From: Camelus dromedarius
Taxonomy: Eukaryota
NCBI RefSeq assembly: GCF_036321535.1
Contig: NC_087436.1
Location: 98,396,001 to 98,460,000, forward strand
Reading direction: 5' to 3'
DNA length: 64,000 nucleotides
The position numbers and the translations under genes were made by a program. Shown piece by piece: positions 62,117 through 64,000 of the stretch (position 1 is its first letter; the number at the start of each line of letters is the position of its first letter). The notes under the pieces are model-generated. The model ran no database searches. It saw only the letters and a list, made by a program, of their open reading frames with translations, and was not told the origin of the DNA.

Positions 62117-63337
62117 GTGGTTTGAATTCTTTAAAGCTTAGACAGACCTCATTTTTATTCCTTTTACTACGTAAGGTTGAATAAGACAGAAGTTTTTATA
62201 ATATTCCTCCTGGGAGTCTAAAAAAGTAATAACAATTTGCATTTTGAAGTGTCTTTTGTAACACTTCAAAAGACTGAAAGTCATATTAATCAAAATGCCA
62301 AGAACAGCTAAATTTTTATAAACCCCTTGTCTATGTTTATGGTGGAAACATCAGAATTGTGCTACTTTGCTTCCAATCAGTTCTTTCCAATTTGGTTCTG
62401 AGTTGGATCTGAATCAATGTTTATAAAATATTCTATCAGGTTAGCACTGTTGATGTTATTTACATAATTTTCCTCTATAAACTCCTGTAGCTGTAATCAT
62501 TACTCTACCTGGGGAATTGTAGACTTCTCTTTCTTCTAGTGTTTCTCTCTCCAACAAAGCTGTGCTTTCCCAGCACAGAGCTCTGGGGATTACACAGTGC
62601 TAATGCACGTATCCCCCCCGTCTCCATCTTTGTTCATTGTTGATATGTCTGTACCAAATTGGCTGCTGAAATTCAGGCCAAAACAAAAGGAGTAGCAATT
62701 GCTTAAAAAGTTAATAACTATTTAATAAAAGTACAAGTGTTAGAGAAATGCTTTTTTGAACTCTTAACAGATATAGAAAAGAATATTATTATGAACTGTT
62801 TATAAATTGAAAACCTGGGGGGACGGAGTCAATTGCAAAACCTTTTAAACTTGATGTTTTAGTGGTTTCTGAGCATACTTTCATTCCATGGTGCATATAA
62901 TAATTTTGCATTTACTCATTTGCCTGAACCTATTCTTTTTCAATGCTTGCTTTTTCCAGCCAAACTATGTGAAATGTTTAATTTTACTTGGGACTCACTT
63001 AACAAAACATCACGTGTAGATATCTTCCTCCTCATTATTGGATAATGTACATATATGAAAATTCACCCGAAGCCCTTGTTCCCTGCCCCATAGAAGGGCT
63101 GGGTCTCAGAGGAAAAAAACTGTAATTTGAAGGAGTCTTGTGCTCCTGGTACCTCCAAATCTTATTTCCTGATAAAATTATACCTAAACTATAATACTGT
63201 GTTTCCAATATCTATCTCCCAGTCCTGTACCACTAGCATATTATTCAATCAAAAAAATGCAGCAGATGGCAAAAATACACAATAAATCATACACATATTA
63301 TTTAAATGATACTAACCAGGTGTCTGTCAGCTTGTTA

Positions 63338-63775
63338 GCACGATGAACTGAATGATGTCCTCTTAAAAGATGTGTTCATGTCCTGGAACCTGTGACTATT
63401 AACTTACATGTCAAAAGATGTAATTAAGTTCAGGATCTTGAAAAAAGCTTATCCTAAATTATCCCAGTGAGTCTTGCATGCCATCAAATGTATTCTTAGA
63501 AAAGAGACACTCAAAAGAAATACACAGAAGAGAAGGTGATGGGAAGACAGAGGCAGAGATCAGGGTGATGGCAGCCACCAGAAGCTGGAAGAGGCAAGGA
63601 CCAGATTCTCCCCTACATTTCCCAAAGGGAATCTCACAGCACTTTGATTTTGGCCATTCTGGTCATACTGATTTGGACTTCTGGCCTCCAGAACTGTGAG
63701 AGAATAAATTTCTTTTTTTTTTTTCAAGCTACCAACTTTGTGGTAATGTTATGGCAGCTGTAGGAAATGAATACA
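63338..63775 (+). mobile_element. MLT1C/D-like MaLR LTR
   Basis: 'ctggaacctgtgactatt...gaagacagaggcagagat...ccaccagaagctggaagaggcaagga...ggacttctggcctccagaactgtgagagaataaatttc...taggaaatgaataca'. Confidence 0.93.
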
Positions 63776-64000
63776 ATCACTAATAATTTAGGAAACACAT
63801 GACCAGCAGGAGCCACAGGAAGCGAGGACAATGTGCAGGAGGATGGCAGTGACAATAAGAGTCGCTGAGGTGTCCTCCCCACTGGAGGAGCAGCCTCGCC
63901 TTTCCTTCATGTTCTCAGTGCGCTACCTGCCATCCTTGCTGCTCTGCCTCCAATGACTCACCTCAAAATCTTCTCCTCTGATTTTATTTCCTCCTGATGC

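Noticed and set aside
1..64000. Prokaryotic-type novel system (CRISPR array, operon, defence island)
   Set aside because: The sequence is mammalian repeat-rich DNA. There are no regularly spaced repeat-spacer units and no long or clustered ORFs.

Overview
AT-rich, CpG-poor eutherian (mammalian) non-coding DNA, intronic or intergenic. I found no supportable host protein-coding exon, RNA gene, CRISPR array or prokaryotic system. The ORF-track entries are either short chance ORFs or decayed retroelement frames. Much of the window is interspersed repeat: old and young LINE-1, L2, MIR, hAT DNA-transposon fragments, MaLR/ERVL and ERV1 LTRs, and two decayed proviral remnants. One is ERV-L on the minus strand at about 3.4-7.3 kb. 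The other is ERV1 on the plus strand at 42973-47508, with a tRNA-Ile-like PBS, gag, pro, the start of RT and both LTRs. The young L1 3' UTR type and the absence of recognisable Alu/B1/CHR/Bov/PRE/Can SINEs suggest a cetartiodactyl, possibly a camelid (inference). The most interesting structure is a nested stack at 42.7-47.7 kb: a solo LTR contains an ERV1 provirus, and the TATA region of its 3' LTR contains a ~990-bp TSD-flanked, polyadenylated retrocopy of mostly non-repeat DNA, a candidate L1 3' transduction. Repeat family names were recognised by eye from remembered consensus motifs, not by a search. Boundaries are approximate unless TSDs are given.
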